IMG/VR virus record: IMGVR_UViG_3300020404_000180
Span: 24,339 to 88,338 of that record
Length of the DNA stretch: 64,000 nt
Strand: one strand, 5' to 3'
Source of the DNA: a virus
Positions 1 to 11,393 of this stretch are shown here, in pieces. Every line of letters starts with the position of its first letter. The first letter of the stretch is position 1. The notes under the pieces were generated by a model that did no database searches, was not told where the DNA came from, and worked only from the letters and a program-made list of their open reading frames with translations. The translations under genes were made by a program, and so were the position numbers.

Positions 1-433
1 AACCAAAGGATGATGTACCTCCTCCAGAACCTCTACCACCGTTACGAGCATATCCTCCTCCACCACCATAGGTGTAGTTTACAGAACTAACGTTTGATAC
101 ATCAATGTATCTGATTGCAGTAGCACCGCCACCACCACCAGCACCACGATAGGTGTTGTCGTTAACTCTTGCTCCTCCACCACCACCTGTACAATATACT
201 AGGACGTGGTTGCAACCAGCTGGTTTACTCCATACTCCAGATCCACCAGAAGTTGACTTACTATTCCAAGTACCGTTTTGGGATGTGTAAGTATTGATGC
301 TCAATAAAGCACCGCTTACAGTAAAGTTCTGATATGAACTACCGTTCCAAATCTTAAATGAACCGCTAGATACGTCAATAACATTTGCACCAGCCGTACT
401 TTGGATTTGGTCTACTCTTAAAATTCCTGCCAT
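1..433 (-). CDS. Glycine-rich tail/fibre-associated protein (3' end lies outside the window)
   Basis: Not in the ORF track. ATG at 433 reads MAGILRVDQIQSTAG...WSKPAGCNHVLVYCTGGGGGA...GAGGGGGATA, open to the window edge. W-x-K-P-x-G...GGGGG is the Gly-rich module typical of cyanophage fibre accessory proteins. Confidence 0.75.
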   Translation of the reverse strand, partial: MAGILRVDQIQSTAGANVIDVSSGSFKIWNGSSYQNFTVSGALLSINTYTSQNGTWNSKSTSGGSGVWSKPAGCNHVLVYCTGGGGGARVNDNTYRGAGGGGGATAIRYIDVSNVSSVNYTYGGGGGYARNGGRGSGGGTSSFG

Positions 434-443
434 GATTAGTTAA

Positions 444-3400
444 TTAGACTATGCTCCAGTATCCACCACTGTTTATGGTTACAGTTACACCGTTATTTAT
501 AGTAACAGGACCTGAACTTAAACAGTTGTCCCCACTATTTACAGAAATGTTTTCTGCGACGGAGTTTCTATTTCGTTTGAATACTCCATAACGGTCAATC
601 CACTGCTTGTCACCATCAGCACGAAGAACAACATTACGCTGTCCGCTAGATAAACCTTCAGAAGATGTATTAATATTTATTCCGTTAGATCCTCTAACCT
701 CTAATCTGTAAGATGACTGTGTTTGGTCACTACCAGAATACAATGTCCAGTAACCACCATCACCATTGATAGAACCCTGTCCAGTATCATTGTTAGAACG
801 GAAGTAGAAGTCGTCACCTGTTCTTAAGTAAGTATGAGAGTTGTTAGAGAAGTAGAATCTTTCCTGACCACCAGCATCACTAATCCATTGGTTAACACTA
901 CCACCTAAGTATGGAAGATTAAGTGCACTGTAACCATCAAGTAAGTCTGCGTTAAGGTTAGGACATACAGTTGTAGAACTAACAGCGATTGGTGCAGTAC
1001 CTTGTGCAACTGTTGACCTTATAGTATTTGTTGAACGAATGTCGCCTTTAACATCAAGTTTGTAAGATGGTGTACCGCTACCAAAGTTACCAACACCCAC
1101 GTTACCACTTCTTGAGATTCTCATTGACTCGAAGAAGTCTCCAGAACCATCGGTTCCTTGTGTGAAGAATGTCAAACCTAGGTAATCACTATCAGTGTTC
1201 TCTGCAATACCTGATATCATCGCACGTCTGCGACCTCCAGTTCTCCATACGATAGAACCTAGAGTATGACCCACAGTAAATGCTGTGTCAACTTGAATCA
1301 ACATTGATTCTCCACCAGTTACTGTCTGTGATGCTGAACCATCACCGTCACCAGTGTTACCACCCTCATCTACGTGGAAACGTGCTAGAGGATTAGTCTC
1401 GCCAATTCCTAAGCGACCACCACGGAAAGTAATATTATTATATGATAAGTATGTGCCATTCCAACCAAAGGCGTTGCTATCGTTACCAAAACGGATGTAA
1501 CCTTGATTGCTGTCTTGTCTACCCTTAATTGATAACTGGTTAGTGGTTGCCTTACCTATGTTAATACCATTACCATCAGCTAACTGTAAGATAGATGTAC
1601 CAGTGTTAGAGAATATACCTTGGTCGGCATATAAATCGTTGACTGTTAAATGACCTGATGAATCTCTACGAGCAAGAGTGTTTGATGATGCAGATGTTGA
1701 CTGTGTATAACCATCAACATAGTGAGCGTCTAACTGTGATGATGCTCCATCGTTTCCTGCATGCCAGATTGTGTTACCATTTGCTGTTAAATCTCCAGCG
1801 TTAAATCTTAATGTACCATTACCGTTAGAACCATTACCACCAGAGACGATCATTTGAACGTCATAGTCTGGTGCTTGACCAGATGATCTAAAGTCTAATG
1901 TTGGTGTAGTAGATACTGCTGCCTTACCAATCTGTAATTTAGCACCAGATGCATTGTCACGTAATCCAATGATAGTAGAGGAACCACTTGATATTGGGTT
2001 AGATGATGTTACTGTCCATTTTGTGCCAGGATTAGGTCCGAAGACTCTAATGTTTGCGTTAGTGTTATTACCAACAAATGATATTGTTCCAGTAACAAGT
2101 GAATATATTTCACCAGTTGTATGTGTTTTTTCTTGAACACCATTAGAACTATCAACCACGATAGAACCAATGTTATTTGTTGCACCATCATTTGAGTAGA
2201 TAGTGTAGGTTCCACCATTATTGATGTTACCACCAACACCACTATTACAATGGAAGTCTGGAATGTATAGTGTAAATTTATTACCTGTGTCATTAACAAA
2301 GAAGTTCTCAAAGACCATCTTGTCTTGACCAAGAACTTCTGGTAAGAACATATCACCAATCTTGTGATCAAGTCCTGCACGTGTGTCACCAATGTTATAA
2401 CCAGAACCATACCATAGTCCTTGCTTACCGTCTAACTTGTCAGCGTCTAATCCACTGCCAACACCGTCATTTCCTTCTGACCAAATCTTGAACCAGTTAG
2501 AGTAGACTGCATTGATTCCATTATTACCTCTGATGTATAGGTTGTTATTATCTGTAAATCCTAATTGAGTTGATGCAGTTCCAGTAGACTGTCTTCTGTA
2601 TGTGAGAATACCATGTGTTGTACCACCATCATTAAGACCAGTTGCAGCGTTATTTCTAAGTGCTGCAGCAACACCATTTGCTGCCTGAGCAGGAGATGGG
2701 TTTGATGTGAGTGATGCAGTCTCGTTAAATATTCTGTTTGCAGTATCAGCAGTACCAGATATAGAGATGTTGTATGTTATGTTTGCAAGTCTTGCAGGAT
2801 CTAATGTACCGAAGATAATGTTGTTTGCAGTCTGATAGAATGAACCATCGTTACCATCTAATTTGTCAGCGTTAAGTTCAGATCCTGCACCTTGGTCAAT
2901 AGAAACCTGACCATTGTTATCAACAAGGAATCCACCTTGATCTTGGTTTGCAACCGCTTGGTTAGCAACGTCCTTTCTAAATCTGAATACACCGTAGTTA
3001 CCATATACTGAGGAACTCGCAGTTAGAGAGTCACCTTTTCTTATGTCAACTTCAATGTTACCAAATGCTCTGTTAATAGTTCCCTTAGTAGCATTCAATA
3101 CTGCACTGTTACCACCACCAAGTTCACTTGGTATTACAACTGAGAAGTCTCCAGTGTATCCTGTACCAGAGTCAGTAACCTGTGCACTAATAATAGCACC
3201 ACTTGATACAACGTATGTTGCTCGTGCAACATCATCACTTGTAACAGAGACGTTACCGCCTTCCATTGGTAAGTTCTGATAAGTTCCATCTGTATATCCA
3301 GAACCACCATTTGCAATAGTGATTGTGTCAACGTAAGAACTATCAGTAATAGAACCACCAATTAGTATGGCGTCAGATGTTGTAGGTCTAATTGATTGTA

Positions 3401-6400
3401 ATGCATACTCCCATGAAGAATCACCACGTAAGAAACTAAATGAGTTTGCAGTTCCTTTACTTGCTAATCTTTCTGGGTCAATAGTACCAGCAACAATATT
3501 TGATGCATCAATGTTAGTTGATGTTAACTGTGTCCAGTTTGCAGCGTTAGATGCTGATGTATTGATTGTTCTAGTAAGGTCAACAATTCTCTTCCTTGCA
3601 AAGTTACCAGACGTGGTAGCAGCAGTAGGAGAAGTAATAGAATATTGATTTGAGTTTAATAATGTTATAGCGTAGAAACCATCAGGTGCAGTTCCTGTTG
3701 TGAAATCAAAGAACTGTAGAGAACCGTTAGATAAACCATGTGAACTCTCAGTGAATGTAATCGTTGTGCTTCCACTCTGTGAGTAAGTTCCAGTTGCTAA
3801 GTTCGCTAGTGCTTGGTCAACAATAAAGTCAGATGCTTCAAACTTGATATTGTTAGCAATGTTGATTGCAACTCTACCTTCTATCTGTGCAGCAATAACT
3901 GCATTATTAGATGAACCACTAGGTGATGTTAATACCTGTACTGTTGGTTGTGAGTAGTAACCTTTACCAAGGTTTGTAATCTCAACTCTAGTTACAACAC
4001 CACTGGTTACTTTTGCTGTAGCAGCAGCTTGAACTCCATTACTTGTGTCGTCAGGTGCAGATATTGTAAGGTTAAAGTCTCCAGAATATCCAGAACCACC
4101 ACTACTGATAACGTAGTTAAATACAGCACCATCATTGTATGATTGTACAGTACCACGTGCAGTTGTAGAACTACCAACAACGATATCACCATTACTAAAT
4201 TGGAATGCACTGTTAGGTGCAAATGCTAAGAACTGACTCTCTAAGTCATTCTCTAAGATGTAAGAGATAGCAACACCAGCGGTTACAAATTGATGAGTAC
4301 CAGAACCTTGACTTGATAATGTTATCGCAGCACCAGAGTTAGCATTTGATGTTGTTGCAGCAAGTTTGATTGTGTTATCATCAATCTTGATAACGTAGTA
4401 AACGTTATTTGTTGCAAGACCACCGATTGAGGATGAACCCTCTGTGTATGTCAACTGGTCTCCAGTTGATGTACCGTGTCCAGTAATTGTAATTGTGTCC
4501 GCACCAGTATTGACTGATGAAGATGCTACAGAGAATGTAGTAGCAGATGTTTGTATTGCAATATCACCAGCGTTTGCGTCTTCAATCGCAAGTCTTTCTG
4601 CCTGTGATGCAACAGATGTAATATTAAATGGACGTAAGGCAGGAATCTGGTCAATGTTAATCTTACCGTTTGATGTCAACTGAACCAGTGCAGATGGAAC
4701 TGCGTTTGTTGAGAATGGTTGGTTGAGGTAAGGTCCTAAGTTGTTAGAGATATAATCTTTAACAGATGCCTGTGTAGGTAGTAAGGAGTCAGATGCGAAT
4801 GTACCACCAAGTGTATCAGCAGCAGAGAATCCTGTAATTGTAATGTCACCACCAACAATCTTGATAGATGTAAGTTCTGAGATTGCAACTGTACCAACGA
4901 AACTAATAGCACCAGTTCTGTTGAAGATAGTAACAAAATTACCAACCTTGAAGTCACCAAATTCGTTCGTACCAGATGTATAAACCTGACCGAATTGTTC
5001 TTCTGCTGCTTCAAATGCACTTCCTAATCCAACACCACCGTTCTGAGGTAATGCAGCATATGTGTTACCAGAACCAGCGTATTCCCAAGTGTGTGATGAT
5101 GAGTTACATACAGATGGTCTATGGAATTTAATACCTAAACTTACTAGATTTGATAGTGCTAAACTTCCAGCAACAAATCCAGAATCGTTAGATGACTGAT
5201 ACCTATTACCATTACTGATATTGGTAAAGTCCATTGACCTGTTGGTCTTAATCTTAGCAACAATCTGTGTGCCAGGTGAACCAGAAACCAATTCTGTTTC
5301 TAGAATTATATGCTCTACAGCAAGGTCAGATGACCTATGACCATCAATCTTGATGATGTAATCTTCAATAGGTATGTTTGTTAATGATGTACCAGATACT
5401 TGGATAACTTGTCTACCTGTTGGTGTACCATTTCCATCGACGTCTTCTGTAATAGAATCAATAACACCGACGTCAAATGTGTATGCTTCTGCTCTAAATC
5501 CTGTAGCACGTAGTGAGAAAGTACCAAAGTTAGATGCAGAGTTTGTAACAGATGCATAACCACCAGACTGTACTAAGATACCATCTTGACAGAAGATAGC
5601 AAACACAGAAACCAACTGTGTGTAACCATCATTACTGATGTTGTACGCAGTACCACCAAAACATATAATGGTGAATGCGTTTGCAACCATTGACTTACCT
5701 TGTGGGTCAAACTGTGCAACAGTAGCACCCTGTGAGTTTTGTTTTAAACCAGCTCTAGGTACGTTTGGTGTAGCAACCTTAGCACCATCAATCTCACAAC
5801 CAGAACCACCAAGGAATGATATAAGTGAAGAGTTCTGAATGTATGGAGATGCTTCAATGATTGGAAGGTCTAAGTGTACATTTCCTAATGGGAACGAATA
5901 TGATGATTGATCCTGTTCAGTAATTACTGGGTCAGGATTTGTAATTGCACCACTGTATGCTGTAGCACTTGATAATACGTTATCTAATATACCCCAGTTT
6001 GTAGTCAATGCAGATACAACATTAGCACACTCAGGTGCAGATGAATCTACAGTAATAGAACCATTGGATGTAATTGGTATTTGTGAGAACTGACCAGTCT
6101 CTAAATTATTTCTTATTGCGTCTATTGATAGTTCTTTTGCTGCAGCGAACATTGCACGACTATACTGTACCTCGTTGTCTAGGTATTGTATTGCACCACT
6201 AGAGATATAGAGGTTTGCTGCCTCAACAATTGCTGAGTTTCCACCGTAACGTAAGTCGAACTGGAACGCACGACAAATCTTCATTACGTCATCAATACAC
6301 TGTTGGTCGCCAGGTGCAGCAGTTCGTGTAACAGATGATACACTACCAGCAGTAGAACCGCTTCCTAACGCTGTTGTAACGGTGTTGAAGAAGGTTGTAA

Positions 6401-9400
6401 TTGATGATACGACATTTGCACAAGAAGGTGCTGTTGCAACCGTTCTAGTAGCATGTGACATATTGTCGTTAGCAATAGCAGTATCAAGGATTGTGAAGAA
6501 TCCATCTACTAAATTTTGCTCTACAGTTGTTCCTTTATTGTTGTTGTCAGTTACCTGTGTAAATCCGTGATTACCCTCTATGGTAATTGTCTCACTAGCA
6601 GCTGCTTGTTTAGCAATTGCTTTTGCTATTGCAAATACTGCACGTGATTCTGTTTCTTCTCCATCAAGGTGTGTAGAGTTTGTATACAACTGTGCTGCAT
6701 CATATACTTGCTCATTTCCACCATGTGCTAAGTTGTAAACTACAGTACGTACAAAATCACTAACGTCATCTATACAGTTTTGATTTCCACCAGGCACATT
6801 GTGTGATGGGTTATCTATGTTGTAACGTTGAACTGACTCAAATGCAATCAAGTCTAAGTTCTTAAGAATTAGAGTTGCAGCATAACCAGATACAGTTTGT
6901 GCAGGAGTATCTAATGTAAGAGTATGATAGTATTGTAATTTTGTTGAGTTACCATAACGATGTATTGGTAGATTTCTTGATGCTAAGATACATGCATCTT
7001 TTGCATTGTTGAATACTTCTACATAACGGTCTCTTGTTAGTGAGAAACCAGGATCAATATAGAATTTTGCTTGGTCATAGACTCTATCGTTTCCACCCCA
7101 CTTTAAGTTGTGTGCAAGTGCTTTCTGTATGAAGTCTCTAACATCATCGTAGCATGCTGTACTACCTGTAGGAATAGTGTAACCACTATTAGCAGCAAGC
7201 ATTTTATTGACTGCATAATCTGCAATCATATCTGCGTTACCAAATAGTAACTCTGCAGCATCAGCATACTTGTTATCTACTGGTATGCTGTTTGGAGTTC
7301 TAAATGGTTTCTGTAAATCTGTAAATGTACCAACAGTTCCTGTCTGACCATTAGCAGTATTGTTTGCTAGGTCTACAACAAATTTTCTGTCGTCAATAAT
7401 GTCCTTAAGACCATGAGTACCATTGACCACTGCGTTACCAGAGTTAGCAATAGTAATTTCTGTGATTGCTTTCTTAACTGAGTTAGCACCAGCACTTACA
7501 AAATAATGTGTTGAAGTGTCAGATGATACACCAACGTTAACTTCAAATGTATTAGTTTGTTTGTTTGATATCTTTAACCACTTGTCAAATGCAGGGTCAC
7601 TACCTCTAGGATATGGATGTTTAGTTGCACGAGAGTCGGTGTCACATTCAAATACAAACGCACCAGCATCAAACTTAACTAAGTCTCCGTTTTGGAAACC
7701 ATGGTTTGCTATGGTTACTTCAAATACACCAGTGCCAGGTGTGTATGTTGCACCAGTAGGTGTATGCTGACTAAAGTTTGGATATAAGTTATGTCCTCTC
7801 TGTACAATAATTGTACAATCATCGCCTGATACAGACCATGATGTCATCTTCTTCGCAATAGTATCTGCTGCTACTCCGAAATTTGTTCCACCAATAGTAA
7901 GTGCATTAGTACGAGTAGCGGATGATTCATAATAATATTTGACATATGCTACTGCCTCCTGTGCAATAAATTCTTGGTTTATCTTGATTGCCTCAGCACC
8001 ATCTAAGAATCTATCACTCTGATTAATAGCAGTAAATCCATAAGGAGAGTTCCTCAAGGATGCTAGTACATAGTTAGAAGATGATACAACTGTTTGGTCA
8101 CCAGTTGGGTTGATAGAAGCACCAACCTGTGATATGTTTCCACGAATAACAAATTGTAGTGAGAAACCATCAGCACGTTCAATACGATGTGTGATGTATT
8201 TTCTACCATTGAGGTCTTCAAGGTTGTCTAAGATACTAACGCCAGAACCAGAACCAGTTGTTACATCGCTAGCAGTATCAATATTTGCTTGCTTTAGAAC
8301 AAAGGTTACAGTCAAGTTAGAACTGTTGTACCTAGCAACACCTAAACCTAAATCAGTGTTTGATGGTAATGTAGGAGTTCCAGAACCTTGAGTGAATCCA
8401 TCAATATTATATGTCTTACTAAATCTCTCAAAACCAGCAGGGAAGTTGAATGTAATACCCGCTTCAGTTAGAGATGCCCAGTTAGCAAATAATGTTCCTG
8501 TTTTTGTATTGTCAACACTTGATACAGTAACTGTAATCTCTCCACCAGAGATTGTAAAGTTAGTATTTGTTGATGTACCGAAATCTATTGCAGAGTTTTG
8601 GAAACCATATACTTGAACTTCTTGTCCAACCTCATAGTCATGGAAATCAGAACTTGTACTAGAACTTGCAAGTGTAAAGATAGGACCGTTATAAGTTGCT
8701 ACAGTGTTCAGTGATGTGTCAATCGTTGTGATTGATAAGACTCTTTCCTGTATGTCAAATCTTTGGAAACCCTTACCAGCACTTGTTATATCAATTGTAA
8801 TAGGATCATCAGCACCAGATGCATTCTTCTGTGTTGCGTTAGCAGCAGATGCTGCTAATCTGATATAATCATCGTTTTCTTTATATACAAAATATGCAGT
8901 GCCATCAACAAGACCACCTATCGCACCCATTTTTCCAGCACGATATATGATGCCTTCTCCAGTTGATAGTAAATGATTATCAATAAAGATATTATTTGCT
9001 TCTGGCATTATATTACCAGACTCAAATACATGGAAACTATCGTCAGGAGATACATTTGTGATGTCTTTTCTACCCTGAGTTACGCTAAGGTTTATAGCGT
9101 TAGCATGAGTGTCATATAATTCAATAGTATCTGCATCAATAACTCTGACATAGTAGACAGTGGTGTCAATTAAACCTGGCAGAGGATTGAGGTTTTCGTC
9201 TTTACTATAGTATACTGCTGCACCTGTTTTATATCTGTGTGCAGTAAGTGTAATTCTGTCTAGAGCAACATCAATAAAGTTTGTACTACCTTTAAATGTG
9301 ACGAATTCTCTCTCAGCATCAACAGTGTGCTGATAGATTTGGTTAGATATAACTTCTAATTCTGGTCTTAATGACTCAGCATCTACAACGTCAAATCTAT

Positions 9401-10823
9401 CTGATACACCAGCGTTATTGAGATCAGTTATGATATTTGCAGCAACTGAATCATAGAATATTTTCTCAGCGTCTTGGAATACGTCGTTAACACCTGACGT
9501 AATTAGTATCGTTACATTACCAGTTGAGTATGGAGATGCGACAGGACCTGTAAAGTTAACTGTCTGAATTGTACCAAGTGTACCTGATGATCCACCTTGT
9601 ACAAAGTAGCCTGTCTGTAAAGATGTGTTATTACCTGTGTGATTGTTAAAGGTAACCTTAAATATGTTTTGGCCACGAAACTTTTCGCCAGCAACTGCAG
9701 GGATCTGGCGTACTTCTGGTTCATAGTAAAGTCTTTGTTTGTCATCAAACACAAACGCAAACTTCCATGTATGAATAACTGTACTCTGTGGGTCAGAGGA
9801 ATTTTGTAGTGCATCTCTGAATACAACACCATTGATGTATGTTTCATTAGACGCCTTGATCATATGCCTATCGGCATTCTGTGGTCTTAGAATAACACGA
9901 CGAAGGTTGTCACCAATCAGTGAACAGTTTCTAGGAAGTGAGATTGGGTTATCTTCAAAGTATTCACCACCAGATACAATAATAGAAACGTATTCATCAG
10001 ATGGGTCTGGAACTGCTTTCTGCAATCCGTAAGCAATCTGTGCTGCTTTCTTGATAGTTTTTACAGGTCTTGCTGCAGAACGACCATCGTTTGTATCTAA
10101 ACCAATGGTTGATGATACGTATACACGACCACCAGTGTCATTAGTAGCAACTTTATATACAAAGTCAGTGGTAGCAATCCTTCTTGACTGGTCAGTCAGA
10201 GGAGGAGTATCAGCACTTGGGAAGAATGTAGTTCCAAATGTAGGACTTGTGACGTCTGTATCTTCAAAGTTAACTAAGTTTGGTGCTCTTAGATTCAATG
10301 AAGGGTTAACAATTGTACTGATATCAAGGTTTGTAACCTGTGCAGTATCAGAAATGATAGAACGAGTCGTTCTAATTTGTCCCTCAACATCGAGTTCAAA
10401 CTCAGGATTATTAGTATTGATACCAACACGAACGTTTTCCTGTGCGTTTTTGTTTATGAATAATGCGTCTTTCTCTAATGCACCTGTACCAACAGATACC
10501 TCAATAACCTCATCACCTTGAATACTTAATGAACGAACTCTCTTATATGCTAGAGTCGCACCCGCTGTAATTATACTATTTGCTGAACCTACAAAACTTA
10601 AATTATCGTCATCTACCTTAGTTACTGTAAACTCTCCATCTACTTCACCACCACTAGTAAAGTCAATGTATAATTTATCTGATCCTATTATGCCATGTGC
10701 AACCGAAACAATATTACCCACCCCACCAGACGTTCTGCTGTACGTGGCGTTTACCCAGTTTCCTGTCGCTTTAGACCCAGATGCTTCTATCCTCTGCTGG
10801 TCTACATTAAACTTTAAACTCAT
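444..10823 (-). CDS. Giant tail fibre-like virion protein (3459 aa)
   Basis: Ser/Thr/Gly/Asn-rich. Contains a YVS..G.D.NDG...P.KTI.KA right-handed beta-helix-like start, an HTWEYAGSG...GDFKVG module, repeated LDADKLDG/LNADLLDG fibre motifs and GNVGVG...P.YKLDV.G repeats. Confidence 0.8.
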   Translation of the reverse strand: MSLKFNVDQQRIEASGSKATGNWVNATYSRTSGGVGNIVSVAHGIIGSDKLYIDFTSGGEVDGEFTVTKVDDDNLSFVGSANSIITAGATLAYKRVRSLSIQGDEVIEVSVGTGALEKDALFINKNAQENVRVGINTNNPEFELDVEGQIRTTRSIISDTAQVTNLDISTIVNPSLNLRAPNLVNFEDTDVTSPTFGTTFFPSADTPPLTDQSRRIATTDFVYKVATNDTGGRVYVSSTIGLDTNDGRSAARPVKTIKKAAQIAYGLQKAVPDPSDEYVSIIVSGGEYFEDNPISLPRNCSLIGDNLRRVILRPQNADRHMIKASNETYINGVVFRDALQNSSDPQSTVIHTWKFAFVFDDKQRLYYEPEVRQIPAVAGEKFRGQNIFKVTFNNHTGNNTSLQTGYFVQGGSSGTLGTIQTVNFTGPVASPYSTGNVTILITSGVNDVFQDAEKIFYDSVAANIITDLNNAGVSDRFDVVDAESLRPELEVISNQIYQHTVDAEREFVTFKGSTNFIDVALDRITLTAHRYKTGAAVYYSKDENLNPLPGLIDTTVYYVRVIDADTIELYDTHANAINLSVTQGRKDITNVSPDDSFHVFESGNIMPEANNIFIDNHLLSTGEGIIYRAGKMGAIGGLVDGTAYFVYKENDDYIRLAASAANATQKNASGADDPITIDITSAGKGFQRFDIQERVLSITTIDTSLNTVATYNGPIFTLASSSTSSDFHDYEVGQEVQVYGFQNSAIDFGTSTNTNFTISGGEITVTVSSVDNTKTGTLFANWASLTEAGITFNFPAGFERFSKTYNIDGFTQGSGTPTLPSNTDLGLGVARYNSSNLTVTFVLKQANIDTASDVTTGSGSGVSILDNLEDLNGRKYITHRIERADGFSLQFVIRGNISQVGASINPTGDQTVVSSSNYVLASLRNSPYGFTAINQSDRFLDGAEAIKINQEFIAQEAVAYVKYYYESSATRTNALTIGGTNFGVAADTIAKKMTSWSVSGDDCTIIVQRGHNLYPNFSQHTPTGATYTPGTGVFEVTIANHGFQNGDLVKFDAGAFVFECDTDSRATKHPYPRGSDPAFDKWLKISNKQTNTFEVNVGVSSDTSTHYFVSAGANSVKKAITEITIANSGNAVVNGTHGLKDIIDDRKFVVDLANNTANGQTGTVGTFTDLQKPFRTPNSIPVDNKYADAAELLFGNADMIADYAVNKMLAANSGYTIPTGSTACYDDVRDFIQKALAHNLKWGGNDRVYDQAKFYIDPGFSLTRDRYVEVFNNAKDACILASRNLPIHRYGNSTKLQYYHTLTLDTPAQTVSGYAATLILKNLDLIAFESVQRYNIDNPSHNVPGGNQNCIDDVSDFVRTVVYNLAHGGNEQVYDAAQLYTNSTHLDGEETESRAVFAIAKAIAKQAAASETITIEGNHGFTQVTDNNNKGTTVEQNLVDGFFTILDTAIANDNMSHATRTVATAPSCANVVSSITTFFNTVTTALGSGSTAGSVSSVTRTAAPGDQQCIDDVMKICRAFQFDLRYGGNSAIVEAANLYISSGAIQYLDNEVQYSRAMFAAAKELSIDAIRNNLETGQFSQIPITSNGSITVDSSAPECANVVSALTTNWGILDNVLSSATAYSGAITNPDPVITEQDQSSYSFPLGNVHLDLPIIEASPYIQNSSLISFLGGSGCEIDGAKVATPNVPRAGLKQNSQGATVAQFDPQGKSMVANAFTIICFGGTAYNISNDGYTQLVSVFAIFCQDGILVQSGGYASVTNSASNFGTFSLRATGFRAEAYTFDVGVIDSITEDVDGNGTPTGRQVIQVSGTSLTNIPIEDYIIKIDGHRSSDLAVEHIILETELVSGSPGTQIVAKIKTNRSMDFTNISNGNRYQSSNDSGFVAGSLALSNLVSLGIKFHRPSVCNSSSHTWEYAGSGNTYAALPQNGGVGLGSAFEAAEEQFGQVYTSGTNEFGDFKVGNFVTIFNRTGAISFVGTVAISELTSIKIVGGDITITGFSAADTLGGTFASDSLLPTQASVKDYISNNLGPYLNQPFSTNAVPSALVQLTSNGKINIDQIPALRPFNITSVASQAERLAIEDANAGDIAIQTSATTFSVASSSVNTGADTITITGHGTSTGDQLTYTEGSSSIGGLATNNVYYVIKIDDNTIKLAATTSNANSGAAITLSSQGSGTHQFVTAGVAISYILENDLESQFLAFAPNSAFQFSNGDIVVGSSTTARGTVQSYNDGAVFNYVISSGGSGYSGDFNLTISAPDDTSNGVQAAATAKVTSGVVTRVEITNLGKGYYSQPTVQVLTSPSGSSNNAVIAAQIEGRVAINIANNIKFEASDFIVDQALANLATGTYSQSGSTTITFTESSHGLSNGSLQFFDFTTGTAPDGFYAITLLNSNQYSITSPTAATTSGNFARKRIVDLTRTINTSASNAANWTQLTSTNIDASNIVAGTIDPERLASKGTANSFSFLRGDSSWEYALQSIRPTTSDAILIGGSITDSSYVDTITIANGGSGYTDGTYQNLPMEGGNVSVTSDDVARATYVVSSGAIISAQVTDSGTGYTGDFSVVIPSELGGGNSAVLNATKGTINRAFGNIEVDIRKGDSLTASSSVYGNYGVFRFRKDVANQAVANQDQGGFLVDNNGQVSIDQGAGSELNADKLDGNDGSFYQTANNIIFGTLDPARLANITYNISISGTADTANRIFNETASLTSNPSPAQAANGVAAALRNNAATGLNDGGTTHGILTYRRQSTGTASTQLGFTDNNNLYIRGNNGINAVYSNWFKIWSEGNDGVGSGLDADKLDGKQGLWYGSGYNIGDTRAGLDHKIGDMFLPEVLGQDKMVFENFFVNDTGNKFTLYIPDFHCNSGVGGNINNGGTYTIYSNDGATNNIGSIVVDSSNGVQEKTHTTGEIYSLVTGTISFVGNNTNANIRVFGPNPGTKWTVTSSNPISSGSSTIIGLRDNASGAKLQIGKAAVSTTPTLDFRSSGQAPDYDVQMIVSGGNGSNGNGTLRFNAGDLTANGNTIWHAGNDGASSQLDAHYVDGYTQSTSASSNTLARRDSSGHLTVNDLYADQGIFSNTGTSILQLADGNGINIGKATTNQLSIKGRQDSNQGYIRFGNDSNAFGWNGTYLSYNNITFRGGRLGIGETNPLARFHVDEGGNTGDGDGSASQTVTGGESMLIQVDTAFTVGHTLGSIVWRTGGRRRAMISGIAENTDSDYLGLTFFTQGTDGSGDFFESMRISRSGNVGVGNFGSGTPSYKLDVKGDIRSTNTIRSTVAQGTAPIAVSSTTVCPNLNADLLDGYSALNLPYLGGSVNQWISDAGGQERFYFSNNSHTYLRTGDDFYFRSNNDTGQGSINGDGGYWTLYSGSDQTQSSYRLEVRGSNGININTSSEGLSSGQRNVVLRADGDKQWIDRYGVFKRNRNSVAENISVNSGDNCLSSGPVTINNGVTVTINSGGYWSIV
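494..501 (-). promoter_or_regulatory. T4-type late promoter TATAAATA
   Basis: tatttata on the + strand, 60 nt upstream of the ATG at 433. Confidence 0.5.
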
Positions 10824-10838
10824 CTCGTTCCTATAAGG

Positions 10839-11372
10839 TTATGATACGACTGTTATATCTAGAATACCAACCCACTTAACAGTTGAGCTGGAAGTCACAC
10901 TGGAGACTTGGAACGTAAAGAAAGGCACTCCACCAATCTGAATTGCTGCAGGAACTACATTCCATGTTTCTTGACCTGGCGGATTGTTTCTGACTACTAC
11001 TTCGTTAGAAACTACTGCAGTAGGGACACCGCCTGATGTCGTGGTTATAATAATATCAAATTTTGCTGCGTACACATAGGTGTTATTTGTAGTCTCCTGA
11101 CCAAATACAGTTGCAGTAGCAAATGAAACAGAGTCATTTACTAATGGTGGTGTGTTTGTAGCGATAGGAGTGTTGCCATCTAAAGACAATTGCTGTGTGT
11201 TGTTAGCAGCATCAGTTTGTCTTTTAAGAATAAAGATATCTTTGTTAGCGTCGGTGAAGTGGTCACTCACCATGTGCATTGCAGAGATATTTTTCAGAGC
11301 TTTAGAAGTGTTCAATACTTCAGTTGCAGCAACTGCGTATCCTCCTATAGATGAAAAGTTCTTTATTGGCAT
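10839..11372 (-). CDS. Hypothetical virion-associated protein (beta-rich, 177 aa)
   Basis: Lies between two fibre genes in the same orientation and is preceded by TATAAATA. Confidence 0.7.
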   Translation of the reverse strand: MPIKNFSSIGGYAVAATEVLNTSKALKNISAMHMVSDHFTDANKDIFILKRQTDAANNTQQLSLDGNTPIATNTPPLVNDSVSFATATVFGQETTNNTYVYAAKFDIIITTTSGGVPTAVVSNEVVVRNNPPGQETWNVVPAAIQIGGVPFFTFQVSSVTSSSTVKWVGILDITVVS

Positions 11373-11393
11373 GATTTTATAATACCTATGGGT

